A stretch of 64,000 nucleotides of DNA from a bacterium (GCA_019912885.1 JAIOHV010000203.1:1885-65884), one strand, 5' to 3'. Shown: positions 8,826 through 18,132, numbered from the stretch's first letter. A program made the numbers and translations. Notes: a model not told the origin generated them from the letters alone.

Positions 8826-9488
8826 CTAGAACTTGAACTCGACGCGGCGATTCTTCGCCCAGGCGGCCTCGTTGTGGGCCGGATCGAGCGGCTGCGACTC
8901 GCCCATGGACTTCACGAACAGGTCGTTCGCGGCGACGCCCATGTTGGTCAGGAAGTTCTGGACCGACTTGGCGCGGCGCATACCGAGCGCCATGTTGTAC
9001 TCATCCGTGCCGCGCTCGTCGCAGTGACCGACAAGCATGATCTTGGTGCCGGCATGGTCGCTCTTGATCTGCGCGGCGTTCTGCTTGGCCTTTTCGACCT
9101 GGTCGGGACGGATGTTGTACTTGTCGTAGTCGAAGTACACGTTCGGCAGCGTGGCCGGCGCTTGCTTCAGCACGGGCTTCGGCGTCGGCGGCGGCGGCGG
9201 CGGCGGCGGAGGCGGGCAATTCTTCGCGATTTCCGCCAGCTTGATCGTCTCGGCGAACGACACCTTCGCGGCATCGTACTCCTCGGCGGCGTACTGGGCT
9301 TCGCCCTTGGCCAGCTCATCCTCGGCGGCCTTGAGCTTGTCGGGGCAGTTCTGTGCGGCGCCGGAAGCCTGAGCATCGGCAACGGCCGCCTTGGCCGCCG
9401 CGAGCTCCGCCTCAGGCTTTTCCTGTCCACAGGCCGACGCGAAGAGCGCGACCGCGAGGACAAGAATGAGCGGGGCAAATTTCTTCAT
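8826..9488 (-). CDS. pal: Peptidoglycan-associated lipoprotein Pal (OmpA-family C-terminal domain)
   Basis: Lipobox LFASAC; poly-Pro linker; OmpA_C motifs NVYFDYDKYNIRPD, LVGHCDERGTDEYNMALGMRRA and NRRVEFKF. Confidence 0.9.
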   Translation of the reverse strand: MKKFAPLILVLAVALFASACGQEKPEAELAAAKAAVADAQASGAAQNCPDKLKAAEDELAKGEAQYAAEEYDAAKVSFAETIKLAEIAKNCPPPPPPPPPPTPKPVLKQAPATLPNVYFDYDKYNIRPDQVEKAKQNAAQIKSDHAGTKIMLVGHCDERGTDEYNMALGMRRAKSVQNFLTNMGVAANDLFVKSMGESQPLDPAHNEAAWAKNRRVEFKF

Positions 9489-9615
9489 ACAAAAAACCTC
9501 CTTCTGGGTTCCCTTTGGAATGCGGCCGTCTCGGGCCGAATGGAGTCGTGGGTCGTTACGGACCGGTTCCCATACACAGAGTCGAATTCACAGAGCCTGA
9601 CTGAGCTTGGCCGCA

Positions 9616-9645
9616 CCATTAGCACAGGGATTTTCGCATTGTCAA
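9616..9645 (-). promoter_or_regulatory. Candidate sigma70-type promoter for pal (TTGACA-N18-TAATGG on the minus strand)
   Basis: Read on the minus strand within the 195-nt cpoB-pal spacer; leaves a ~125-nt leader ending in a GGAGG RBS. Confidence 0.3.
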
Positions 9646-9683
9646 CCAGAAATCGCGTCTTTTTGCGGGCTTTTTACCGCGAA

Positions 9684-10490
9684 TTACTTCTTCAACAACT
9701 GAAGCTTTTTCGCCGCTATCTTGGCTTCCTCGGTGCCCGGATAGTCCGACATGACCTTCTCATAGAAGAGTTTTGCATCAAATTTCTGCCCCATCTTTTC
9801 AAAGGCCATCGCCTGATTCAGCGCCGCTTTCGGGGCTTGTTTGCTCTTGGCCCACCGCGTCACGACCTCGTCGTAGGCGAGGATCGCGTCCGAATATTTG
9901 TTCTGCCTAAAAAGGCTCTCGCCGACGTAGAATTGCGCCTCGGGCGCGTGTTCCGACTGCGGAAACTTTTTTAGAAAATCCTCGAATTTTTTCTGCGCTT
10001 CGCCAAAACGGGACTTTTTGAACGAGAGCACCGCCTCCTCGAACTGGTCTTTTTCGGGTTTGTCCTTGACGATCAGGCCGCCCGGGCTCGCCGGAACCGA
10101 GGCGATCGCCGGTCCCGGCGCGATCCCCGCCTTGCGCTCGAGTTCAGTGAGCCGCTTGTCGATCTTTTCGAATTGCAGGTCCAGATACTTTCGCAGCGTG
10201 TCGTATTCCTTCGCCTGGCGCTCCTTGGCGAACTGGGCTTCGTCGAACGCGCCCTTCATCGCTCCGAACTCCTGCTGCATGTTGTCGAAGTAGACCTGCT
10301 GCTCGGCGATCTGGCCGATGTTGCGGTCGAGCACATCCTTGGTGTCCTGCGCGACGCGCTTGACCTCGGCGAGCTCGCGCTCGATCTCGGACTGGCGCTG
10401 CTTGTCGGCCTGCGTCGTGATGCAGCCCGACGCCAGAACAAGGGCCAGGACGACGGCAAAAAGACGAGAAACGTTCATTCGGGCGGTCAT
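9684..10490 (-). CDS. cpoB: Tol-Pal system protein YbgF/CpoB (coiled-coil plus TPR)
   Basis: Signal peptide MTARMNVSRLFAVVLALVLASGC from ATG with a GGAGG RBS; long coiled-coil; C-terminal TPR (FYVGESLFRQNKYSDAILAYDEVV). Confidence 0.75.
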   Translation of the reverse strand: MTARMNVSRLFAVVLALVLASGCITTQADKQRQSEIERELAEVKRVAQDTKDVLDRNIGQIAEQQVYFDNMQQEFGAMKGAFDEAQFAKERQAKEYDTLRKYLDLQFEKIDKRLTELERKAGIAPGPAIASVPASPGGLIVKDKPEKDQFEEAVLSFKKSRFGEAQKKFEDFLKKFPQSEHAPEAQFYVGESLFRQNKYSDAILAYDEVVTRWAKSKQAPKAALNQAMAFEKMGQKFDAKLFYEKVMSDYPGTEEAKIAAKKLQLLKK

Positions 10491-10491
10491 C

Positions 10492-12000
10492 TCAATCCTC
10501 CGGCAGCGGGCTCCAGTCGGGGCTCGCATCGAACGACGTGCCTTTTGTGATCGGTTTCGTGAACGTGTCGTTGACCGTGCGGATGAACAGCGCGCGGCCG
10601 GTGTCCGTCTCGCACGAAAACACAAGCGCGCGCCCGTCCGGCGAGAACGACGGGTATTCGCAGTTGGGCTTCATGTCCGCGGTGAGCGCGTACGGCTCGC
10701 CGCCGTATTCGTCGATGACGTAGATCGTGTAGTGCCAGTATTCGCGCGCGGCGTACGCGATCTTGTTGCCTTTGGGCGACCAGGCGGGCGACTGGTTGTA
10801 CCCGCCGAAAAAGCTGATGCGCACCGGGTTCGATCCGTCGGCCCCCATGCGATAGACCTGCGGGGAGCCGGGGCGATCCGACACGAACAGCATGTTTTGC
10901 CCGTCGGGGCTGTAAGTCGGATAAAGGTCGATCGACCAGTTTTTCGTCAGGTTTTTCAGGTTGCCGCCGTTGACGTCCATCTCGTACACGTCGGTCGAAA
11001 CGCCGAGCGATATTCCCGCCGCGATGCGCGTGCCCGACGGCGAAAAATCCGGCGTCAGCACGACGCCCTGGTCGATGCCGTAGATTTTTTTCGCCTTTCC
11101 GGATTCTACGTCAACGATGTATAGCGACGGTTGCGTCACATCGCTCGACGCCGCAAACACGATCGACTTGCCGTCCGGGCTCCATCGGGGTGTCATGGCC
11201 AACACGCCGAGGTTCGTCAGGCGACGGCGATTGCGTCCATCCAGATCGACGACGTACACCTCGCGCTGGTTCTTGGTGCCCGAAACGTAGGCGAGGCGCG
11301 AGCCGAAAAAGCCCTTGTTGCCGAACAGCGAAAGCAGAACCTCATTCGCGAACAGGTGGATCATGCGGTAGTAGTCGTCCGCCTTGCCGGAATACTCCTT
11401 GCCCATGACCAGGCTCTCGGTACCGACGTTGTATAGCCGCGCGGTGATCGTCAGGCTTTCGCCCGCGCGCTTGTACGAGCCCTTGATGAGGTATTCGACG
11501 CCGATGATCTTCCAGTCGCTAAACGAGAAACTGCCCGGCTTCACGCCCGCGCTGCGGGGGTCTTCCAGGTAGCGTGCGCGGTCGGCGACCTCGAATTCGC
11601 CGCTCATCTCCATGTCTTCGGTCAGAAGGTCCGCGAGTTTATGCGACAGATCGTCGAAACCCGTTTCCGACTCGGCGAAAAACTCGGGGATCGCCATGGA
11701 AATCTTCTGGATCGTCGTGCCATAGATCTTGGACGGCGTGATGACGCCGCCTTCGACCGGGCCGCCTTCCGTGCCGGATCCGGGCGCCGGCGGCGGGCCG
11801 CCCTCTGGAGGCGGTGTCGTCTGGGCCAAGGCCGGTGCGGCGGATAACGCCATGAAAAGACTAAGGAAAATCGCGATTATGACGTGGACCGTGGCCGGCG
11901 GGGGCGAGGCGGTCCGCAATCTTAAGGGCATCATGTCTCCCGGTTCGATCGTCGCGCGCGCATTTTGAGGTTTTTGCGCGCGTTGTAAACCGGCGCCCAA
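10492..12000 (-). CDS. tolB: Tol-Pal system beta-propeller protein TolB
   Basis: 502 aa; N-terminal TolB domain plus repeated beta-propeller blades (SPDG..I.F.S.R.G..ly). Confidence 0.9.
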   Translation of the reverse strand: MGAGLQRAQKPQNARATIEPGDMMPLRLRTASPPPATVHVIIAIFLSLFMALSAAPALAQTTPPPEGGPPPAPGSGTEGGPVEGGVITPSKIYGTTIQKISMAIPEFFAESETGFDDLSHKLADLLTEDMEMSGEFEVADRARYLEDPRSAGVKPGSFSFSDWKIIGVEYLIKGSYKRAGESLTITARLYNVGTESLVMGKEYSGKADDYYRMIHLFANEVLLSLFGNKGFFGSRLAYVSGTKNQREVYVVDLDGRNRRRLTNLGVLAMTPRWSPDGKSIVFAASSDVTQPSLYIVDVESGKAKKIYGIDQGVVLTPDFSPSGTRIAAGISLGVSTDVYEMDVNGGNLKNLTKNWSIDLYPTYSPDGQNMLFVSDRPGSPQVYRMGADGSNPVRISFFGGYNQSPAWSPKGNKIAYAAREYWHYTIYVIDEYGGEPYALTADMKPNCEYPSFSPDGRALVFSCETDTGRALFIRTVNDTFTKPITKGTSFDASPDWSPLPED

Positions 12001-12018
12001 TCGCCTGGCGGGCGCGCG

Positions 12019-12783
12019 TCAGTTTGCTTCTTTCGGCTTGAACGTGAACGAGATGCCGCCGGCCAGTTTTCCGTGCAGCTCCGACGGCGGGCGGGAGAAT
12101 GGCACGGCGTTTGACACCGCCTGGCGAATGCTCGCGTCGAGCGAAGGGTCGCCGGACGACTTGATCGCGACGCCGATGAGGTTGCCGGCCGCGTCGATCT
12201 TCACCGTGGCGGGGATGCTTTTGTCGCGAAGCTCCGCCGGCATTCCGGGCGGCAGTTTCCAGCGCGAGCGGATTTTTTCGCGAACGCCCGCGAGATAGAG
12301 CTTTTCGATCGACGGGCGCGTGCCGGCTTCGCCTTCGCCGCCGCCGCCGGCCTGAGCCTTGCGCCGCAAATCCTCGATGCGTTTTCGGGCGAGTTCCTCC
12401 TGGACGCGGGTTTTGGCGGATCGCTGCTTGACGGTCGATTTCACCTTGGGTTTGGGCGCGACGTTTTCCGGCATGTCCTCGGTTTTCGTCGCGGTCTGTT
12501 TGACCTCGCGCTCGAACGGGTTGAGCGCGGTCTTGCGCACTTCCGGCACCGGATCCGCGCCGACCGATCGCCCCTTGGGCAGGTCCGCAAGATCGAACAC
12601 GAGCGGTTGATCGGGCGGGGGAGGCGGCGCGTTTCCGACCGTAACCGCGACGAAGATCGCATACGCCACGAAAAACCCGACGTGAGTGAGGATCGACGCG
12701 AACCACATCGCGCCGAAAAGGCGGCCGAACGGATCGGGGCGCGGCGGGTTGTAGCGCGGGACGGCGGCCAGGCGGTAGGTCAT
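12019..12783 (-). CDS. tolA: TolA (TonB/TolA-type energy transducer: TM anchor, Pro/Lys-rich linker, TonB_C-like C-terminus)
   Basis: N-terminal TM FASILTHVGFFVAYAIFVAV; PPPPPD; charged helical linker; C-terminal IDAAGNLIGVAIKSSGDPSLD. Confidence 0.65.
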   Translation of the reverse strand: MTYRLAAVPRYNPPRPDPFGRLFGAMWFASILTHVGFFVAYAIFVAVTVGNAPPPPPDQPLVFDLADLPKGRSVGADPVPEVRKTALNPFEREVKQTATKTEDMPENVAPKPKVKSTVKQRSAKTRVQEELARKRIEDLRRKAQAGGGGEGEAGTRPSIEKLYLAGVREKIRSRWKLPPGMPAELRDKSIPATVKIDAAGNLIGVAIKSSGDPSLDASIRQAVSNAVPFSRPPSELHGKLAGGISFTFKPKEAN

Positions 12784-12802
12784 CGCGCGCGTCGCGCGGC
12801 CC

Positions 12803-13231
12803 TTACGGGCCCGCGTTCCCCTTGGGCAGGGTTTTCAGGCCGAGCTGCTCGACGCCCGCGGCTTTGGCCTCGGCGATCGCCGCCACCACGACGCCGTAAT
12901 CGACGGCCGTGTCGGCCTCGACGAAGATGCGTTTTTCGGCCTTGCCCTCGTACAGCTTGCGGAGTTCCTCGCGCAGCGCTTCCCTGGCGATAGGCGTCTT
13001 GCCGATGAATATCCGCCCCTCGGCGTCAATCGACAGGCGCACGTCTTCCTCCGCGGACTCGATCTTCTTGCCTTCCGCCGCGGGGAGATTGACGCCGATG
13101 CCTTCCTGCATGAGTGGCGCGGTAACCATGAAGATCACGAGCAGCACCAGCATGACGTCGACCATCGGCGTCACGTTGATGTCACTCATCATGTCGCGGC
13201 GCCGGCCGCTGGATCCGACGCTCATGCCCAT
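12803..13231 (-). CDS. tolR: TolR/ExbD biopolymer transport protein
   Basis: MMSDINVTPMVDVMLVLLVIFMV signature; an alternative start is ATG at 13192. Confidence 0.85.
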   Translation of the reverse strand: MGMSVGSSGRRRDMMSDINVTPMVDVMLVLLVIFMVTAPLMQEGIGVNLPAAEGKKIESAEEDVRLSIDAEGRIFIGKTPIAREALREELRKLYEGKAEKRIFVEADTAVDYGVVVAAIAEAKAAGVEQLGLKTLPKGNAGP

Positions 13232-13238
13232 CGGACAC

Positions 13239-13350
13239 CAGAAAACAGAAAAGAGGAAAGAGAAAAGAGAGTCACGACGTGCGACCTTTCAGGAAAATTT
13301 TCCCGATTGCGATTCATTCCGCATTCCGCATTCCCAATTCCCCATTCATT
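13239..13350. other. Unusually long (170 nt) tolQ-tolR spacer containing a polypurine tract and (CATTCC/GGAATG)-type repeats
   Basis: cagaaaacagaaaagaggaaagagaaaagagag (13239-13271) and gattcattccgcattccgcattcccaattccccattcatt (13311-13350). Confidence 0.6.
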
Positions 13351-13400
13351 AACCAATGGACGCCGAACGAATCGACTCGGTTCCGCGCCTTCACACCAGC

Positions 13401-14165
13401 CTAAAGGATATGCCGGTCGATGATATTCAGGAAGTCCGCCGTGAAGGCGTCCATTTCGCCTTCCAGGACGCGGATCTTGTTGTTGAAATGGTTGAAAAAA
13501 ATGACGGCGGGGATCGCCGCGAAAAGGCCGATGGCGGTCGCGACGAGCGCCTCGGAGATGCCGGGCGCGACGACGGTCAGGCTCGCGGAGCCTTTTTGCC
13601 CGATGTCGTGGAAACTGATCATGATGCCCCAGACCGTGCCGAAAAGGCCGATGAACGGCGACGTATTGCCGCACGTGGCCAGAAACGGAATCGCGCGCTC
13701 CAGGCGCGTGATTTCGGCGACCGTGGTGCGGCGCAGCGCGCGGGCGATGTTCTCGCGCGCGGCCTCTTTTTTCGTGACGCCGCCTTTTGGCGATGTGCCC
13801 GCGGTCATGGTGATTTCGGTTTGCTGCCCGGTGTCGCGGAAACGCTCGAGCTCGCGGTAGCCCGCGCGGTACAGCTCGCCAAGCGGCGTCAGCGTCAGGT
13901 CGCGCGAAGCCCGGTAGATCTCGTCAAGCTGGCGGGACTCCCAGAAGAGCTTGAGGAAGACCTCCGACTCGCGGGCGGCTTTCCGCAGGGTCAGCCCCTT
14001 CAGGAAGATGATCGCCCAGCTCGTGACGGAAAAAACCAGGAGCAGCAGCATGACGAATGTCACCACCGGGCCCGCGTTCTTGATCACCTCGACGATGTTG
14101 AACGCGGACGGGCCGGTGGAATCCAACGGCTGCGTGACGGCCAAAAGGGCCAGGGAAAGTTTCAT
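13401..14165 (-). CDS. tolQ: TolQ/ExbB proton-channel protein (MotA/TolQ/ExbB family)
   Basis: 3 TM; conserved C-terminal half PFIGLFGTVWGIMISFHDIG...SLTVVAPGISEALVATAIGLFAAIPAVIFFN. Confidence 0.85.
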   Translation of the reverse strand: MKLSLALLAVTQPLDSTGPSAFNIVEVIKNAGPVVTFVMLLLLVFSVTSWAIIFLKGLTLRKAARESEVFLKLFWESRQLDEIYRASRDLTLTPLGELYRAGYRELERFRDTGQQTEITMTAGTSPKGGVTKKEAARENIARALRRTTVAEITRLERAIPFLATCGNTSPFIGLFGTVWGIMISFHDIGQKGSASLTVVAPGISEALVATAIGLFAAIPAVIFFNHFNNKIRVLEGEMDAFTADFLNIIDRHIL

Positions 14166-14505
14166 GCGCGCCTATCCGGAAAACGGCGAAAATTCGCGCG
14201 GCAACGTAAGCGACCCGCCCGCCGATGTCAACGAAAAATCGCGTCCGGCGCGCGGGCAAACAGCCCGGACGGACCCGCCAAAAAGGCCAACTTTCGCGCG
14301 CCGCGCCGGCGGAATTTACAGGCGGGCATCCACGTGTAAGATATTGGCGCGGAAACGCCGATACGTATGAACCTGCCGCCGGCCGCAAGAAAAATTGACA
14401 GCGGCATTCGCCACGGGGCCAACGGAGCCCGGCGAAATTGAATTTACCAGGTTGAACCACGAAAACGACTCCTCCCTTTCCCGGGAACGGAGCGTGGAGA
14501 GCGTC

Positions 14506-15768
14506 ATGAATGCAAGGCTCATGCTCGCGTTGTTTTGCACCGCCGCCGTGTTCGCGCTTGTCGTCGGGTTCGCGTGCGTTCCGGGCGACGATGATGACGA
14601 CGACGATGACGACGACGACGATGACGACGACGAACTTCCCACCGAAAGCATCAAGACCATCGAGGCGATCGCCGTCGGCGACGACGCGGGCCGATACAAG
14701 AACGGCCGATGGAGCCCGGACGGCGACGTGCCCGCCGAGGCCCTGCCGCTTTCGACAATCGATTTTCGCGGCCCGGATTTCGGGTTCGCGGCCGGCGTCG
14801 GGCGCATCCTGCAATACGAAGACGGCGAATGGACCGGCGCCGCGGCGCCGATCGAGCCGGACCTCGATGTCCGCCGCATCCTGATCCACCCGGACGGCCG
14901 CGTGTTCGCGTTCGGTAACCGCGGCGTCGATTCCGGCGGCGTGCTGGTCACGCGCGGGCTCGACGGAATCTGGACGCGCGACGACCTGTCGAGTCTGACC
15001 TCCGACGGCGTTTTCATTCGCGACGCGATGCTCTCGGACGAGGGCGTCATCCTGCTCGTCACCGTGAACCTCTCCGCTTACCTGTACATGGCCGGCGGGG
15101 TCGCACCCGCGTCGGTGCAGGTCTATGCGTTCGATCCGACGAATTTCCTCACATACAACGCCATCGGCCGGTTGTTCGACGGGCGCATCCTGCTTGGCGG
15201 CTGGCGCAGCGACGGCATCAACCGCTTCGGATTCGTGATGGTGGAGGACGGGCTGGGCGGCTACATGCCGTTCGAACTCCCCGCGAGCGACTGCCCGGTG
15301 CAGGAAGTGCATCGCTTCGAATCCATCGCGCTCGCCACGTTCATGGTCGGCAAGTGCGTCCGGTCGGTGCTGTACGCATACGAGCAACCGGCGTGGACGG
15401 AGATACCGCTGCCTGGCAGCAAAGGCGCGGATTGGCGCATCAACGACCTCGGCTTCATCTCGCGGCGCGAAGGATTCGCGGTGGGTTATGACGACACGTC
15501 CGACGACCTGCTTACGCTGATTCGCGAGCCGAACGGCTGGGTGCTGATGGAGCCGTACGAGGGTGACACCCCGGGCCGGCGCCTGAATGCCGTCGCCGTC
15601 TGGCCGGCGGGCGCGTCGCTCGACGATGACGACACCGCGGACGACGATTCGCTCGATGACGACACTTCCGATGACGACACGGCCGATGACGATACCGCGG
15701 ATGACGACACCGCGGATGACGACACGCTCGATGATGACACGGGAGACGACGATACGGTGGGTTCGTGA
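14506..15768 (+). CDS. Secreted/lipoprotein hypothetical protein with N-terminal poly-Asp (D16) and C-terminal (DDDTA)n repeats
   Basis: ATG at 14506 after a GGAGAG RBS; signal/lipobox MNARLMLALFCTAAVFALVVGFAC; D-run; C-terminal 15-nt x ~8 repeats encoding DDDTADDDS.... Confidence 0.55.
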   Translation: MNARLMLALFCTAAVFALVVGFACVPGDDDDDDDDDDDDDDDELPTESIKTIEAIAVGDDAGRYKNGRWSPDGDVPAEALPLSTIDFRGPDFGFAAGVGRILQYEDGEWTGAAAPIEPDLDVRRILIHPDGRVFAFGNRGVDSGGVLVTRGLDGIWTRDDLSSLTSDGVFIRDAMLSDEGVILLVTVNLSAYLYMAGGVAPASVQVYAFDPTNFLTYNAIGRLFDGRILLGGWRSDGINRFGFVMVEDGLGGYMPFELPASDCPVQEVHRFESIALATFMVGKCVRSVLYAYEQPAWTEIPLPGSKGADWRINDLGFISRREGFAVGYDDTSDDLLTLIREPNGWVLMEPYEGDTPGRRLNAVAVWPAGASLDDDDTADDDSLDDDTSDDDTADDDTADDDTADDDTLDDDTGDDDTVGS

Positions 15769-15920
15769 CGAATTACGAGTGACTAGTGACGCAGGCCATC
15801 CCGCGTCGCCCGGTGTTGACGGAGTCGCGCGCGTGGGCAAGCGGCCGCCCCTATCGTATTGGCGAGCGGACCTCTCGGAAGAACCACCCGCAGCCGAGTT
15901 GGAGTTCGGCGCTCCCGCCG

Positions 15921-17081
15921 CTAACCGCGCTCCGCGATATACCCGCCCAGCCGACGCAACCCCTCCATCAACCGATCCAGGTGATTCGCATAGCTTAAGC
16001 GGATGTACCCCTCGCCGCCGGGACCGAAATCCGTGCCGGGCGTCACGGCGACGTGCGCGCGTTCGAGGATGTCGAACGCGAGCGCGAGCGAGTTGAATCC
16101 CGTCGCGCGGCACAGCTCGCGCACGTCCACGAAGACATAAAACGCGCCGGTCGGCTCCACCTTCGGCGCAAGCCCAAGCTTCGCGAGCCCCGCCAGCACC
16201 GCGCGCCGGCGCTCGTCGTAGAAGACGCGCATGCGCTCGACGTCGACGGCGGCGTGCGTCAGGGCGGCATTCGCCGCCGTCTGCGCGAAGCTTGGCGCGC
16301 TGATGAAAAAATTCTGCTGGAGATTGCGCATCGGGCGCACGAGATCATGTGGAACGATCGCGTAACCGAGCCGCCAGCCAGTCATCGCGAACAGCTTCGA
16401 GAATCCGTTGATGACGATGCCGTCTTGCGTGAACTCGCCAAGCGACGCCGCGCGGTGCTTATAGGTCAGCCCGTGGTAGATCTCGTCGGACACGACTGGG
16501 ACGGGCAGCTCGGCGAGCGCGGCGATCGCCTCGCGCGGCATGACCGCGCCCGTGGGGTTCGCGGGGGAGTTGATCAGCAGCGCGCGCGTGCGTTTGGTGA
16601 TCGCGCCGCGTACCGCGTCCGGGTCGAGCGCGAAGCCGTCTTCCTCGCGGATCGGCACGCGCACCGGCACCGCGCCCGCGGCGGCGATGATGTTCGGATA
16701 GCAGGCGTAGTAGGGGTCCGGGATGATGACCTCGTCGCCCGGATCGCCGATCGCAAGGAACGTCAAAAGCAGCGCCGCCGACGTGCCCACCGTCACCAGA
16801 ACGCACTCCGGATCGACCGCCACGCCGTATTGATTTCGATGCCACGCGGCGATCGCCTCGCGCAGTTCGGGCTTACCGAGGCTATGCGTGTAGTGCGTGT
16901 CGCTTGTGTCGATCGCGGCGGCGCCGGCCTTACGCGCGGCGGCGGGCGAATCGAAATCCGGCTCGCCGACCTCCATGTGCACGATGTCGACACCCGCGTT
17001 TTCGAGCTCCTGCGCGCGCTCGAGTACCTCCATCACGTAGAACGGCGGCGTGGCGACGGCGAGTTTCGAGACGTGATGCAT
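15921..17081 (-). CDS. PLP-dependent aminotransferase class I/II (aspartate/aromatic aminotransferase-like)
   Basis: ATG at 17081 (MHHVSKLAVATPPFYVMEV); SPANPTG and NGFSKLFAMTGWRLGY (Lys-PLP) motifs. Confidence 0.8.
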   Translation of the reverse strand: MHHVSKLAVATPPFYVMEVLERAQELENAGVDIVHMEVGEPDFDSPAAARKAGAAAIDTSDTHYTHSLGKPELREAIAAWHRNQYGVAVDPECVLVTVGTSAALLLTFLAIGDPGDEVIIPDPYYACYPNIIAAAGAVPVRVPIREEDGFALDPDAVRGAITKRTRALLINSPANPTGAVMPREAIAALAELPVPVVSDEIYHGLTYKHRAASLGEFTQDGIVINGFSKLFAMTGWRLGYAIVPHDLVRPMRNLQQNFFISAPSFAQTAANAALTHAAVDVERMRVFYDERRRAVLAGLAKLGLAPKVEPTGAFYVFVDVRELCRATGFNSLALAFDILERAHVAVTPGTDFGPGGEGYIRLSYANHLDRLMEGLRRLGGYIAERG

Positions 17082-17113
17082 GCGTCCGTTGTAACGCGAA
17101 AAAAATGCATTCA

Positions 17114-17183
17114 CCACAGAGAACACGAAGGACACAGAGGCCCACGCAAATTTTTTTCTCCGTGTTCTCCGTGTTCTCTGTGG
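17114..17183. promoter_or_regulatory. 14-bp perfect inverted repeat (ccacagagaacacg ... cgtgttctctgtgg) in a divergent promoter region; candidate operator
   Basis: Arms at 17114-17127 and 17170-17183 with a 42-nt spacer; the second arm carries a tandem cgtgttctc duplication. Confidence 0.45.
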
Positions 17184-17214
17184 TTCAAGTCCGCTTTCGT
17201 GGTAGCAAGGGCGC

Positions 17215-18132
17215 GTGCGTATCGTGATCGCCATCTTCACGTGGATTTTCACGCGGCCGTCGTGGGAGCGCTCCGAGATCTGGGGCGAGCGGATCGGCCG
17301 GCTTATGTGGCGGGTCGGCATCCGCAAGCGCGTCGTCATGGACAATCTTCACCTGGTATTCGCCTCCGATACGACGCCCGAGGGCCATCGAAAAGACGAC
17401 GCCGAGCTCGCCGCGATCTGCCGCGCGGTGTACGAAAACCTCGGCCGTCTCATCGTGCTCTATTTCCGCACCGACCTCATGGACGCGGCGTTTTTTCGCG
17501 ACCGCTTCGAGGCGGAGGGGATGGAACATCTGCGCGACGGAATCGCCAGGGGGCGCGGCGTTCTCGGCATCGGCATGCACTTTGGCATCCTCGATATCGC
17601 GATGGGCAAGGCCGCGCACGAGCTCGACGCGCCGATTACGCTCGTCGGCAAAAACATCAAGAATCCCGTCGTCAACAACTGGTTTATCGAATCGCGCCGG
17701 CGCATGCGTTTCGATACGGTCGGCCCCAAGGACACACGCCAGGAAATTCTGACGCGGCTTGGCCGCAACGAGCTTGTGACGATGGTGCTCGATCAGAGCA
17801 TGCGCGAGCGCTACGCGATTTACGTCAACGTCATGGGACGCCTGACCGCGACAAACAAGTCCGCCGCCGGGCTTGCGCGCGATTCCGGAGCGACGGTCGT
17901 TCCGGGCTGGGCGTATCGCGTCGGCCCCGCGCGCTACCGCCTGGTCGCCCAGCCGCCCATCCCGTACATCACGCATGACGACCCCGACGAGGAGCGGCGG
18001 CTCAACACGCAGGCGTACGTCGAACGCCTGGACGCGGCGATCCTCGAGAATCCGGAGCACTGGTTCTGGCTGCACCGAAGGTGGAAGCGGGTAAAGGAGA
18101 TCGAGGATCGAAAATCGAAGATTGAAGATTGA
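17215..18132 (+). CDS. Lipid A biosynthesis acyltransferase, LpxL/HtrB (lauroyl/myristoyl) family
   Basis: GTG start; 305 aa; matches the general LpxL-family layout (N-terminal anchor, ~300 aa). The extreme C-terminus KEIEDRKSKIED is encoded by a heptamer repeat element. Confidence 0.65.
   Translation: MRIVIAIFTWIFTRPSWERSEIWGERIGRLMWRVGIRKRVVMDNLHLVFASDTTPEGHRKDDAELAAICRAVYENLGRLIVLYFRTDLMDAAFFRDRFEAEGMEHLRDGIARGRGVLGIGMHFGILDIAMGKAAHELDAPITLVGKNIKNPVVNNWFIESRRRMRFDTVGPKDTRQEILTRLGRNELVTMVLDQSMRERYAIYVNVMGRLTATNKSAAGLARDSGATVVPGWAYRVGPARYRLVAQPPIPYITHDDPDEERRLNTQAYVERLDAAILENPEHWFWLHRRWKRVKEIEDRKSKIED

Noticed and set aside
10476-10494. Apparent 1-nt disagreements between my manual position counting and ORF-track coordinates at a few junctions (cpoB/tolB, ilvE start)
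   Set aside because: Almost certainly my counting error across long stretches; the ORF track is internally consistent, so feature coordinates follow the track with codon offsets.
13924-16113. 729-aa ORF on the minus strand overlapping the tolQ upstream region and the poly-Asp lipoprotein gene
   Set aside because: Arg/Ala/Gly-rich low-complexity translation typical of the opposite strand of high-GC genes. No domain-like segments. The plus-strand gene has an RBS, a signal peptide and sensible composition.
17082-17214. tRNA or small RNA gene in AT-richer intergenic regions (also 51713-51852, 48381-48482, 44967-45074)
   Set aside because: No cloverleaf-compatible sequence or conserved tRNA boxes (GTTC-A/T loop, D-loop GG) found by eye; left uncalled.
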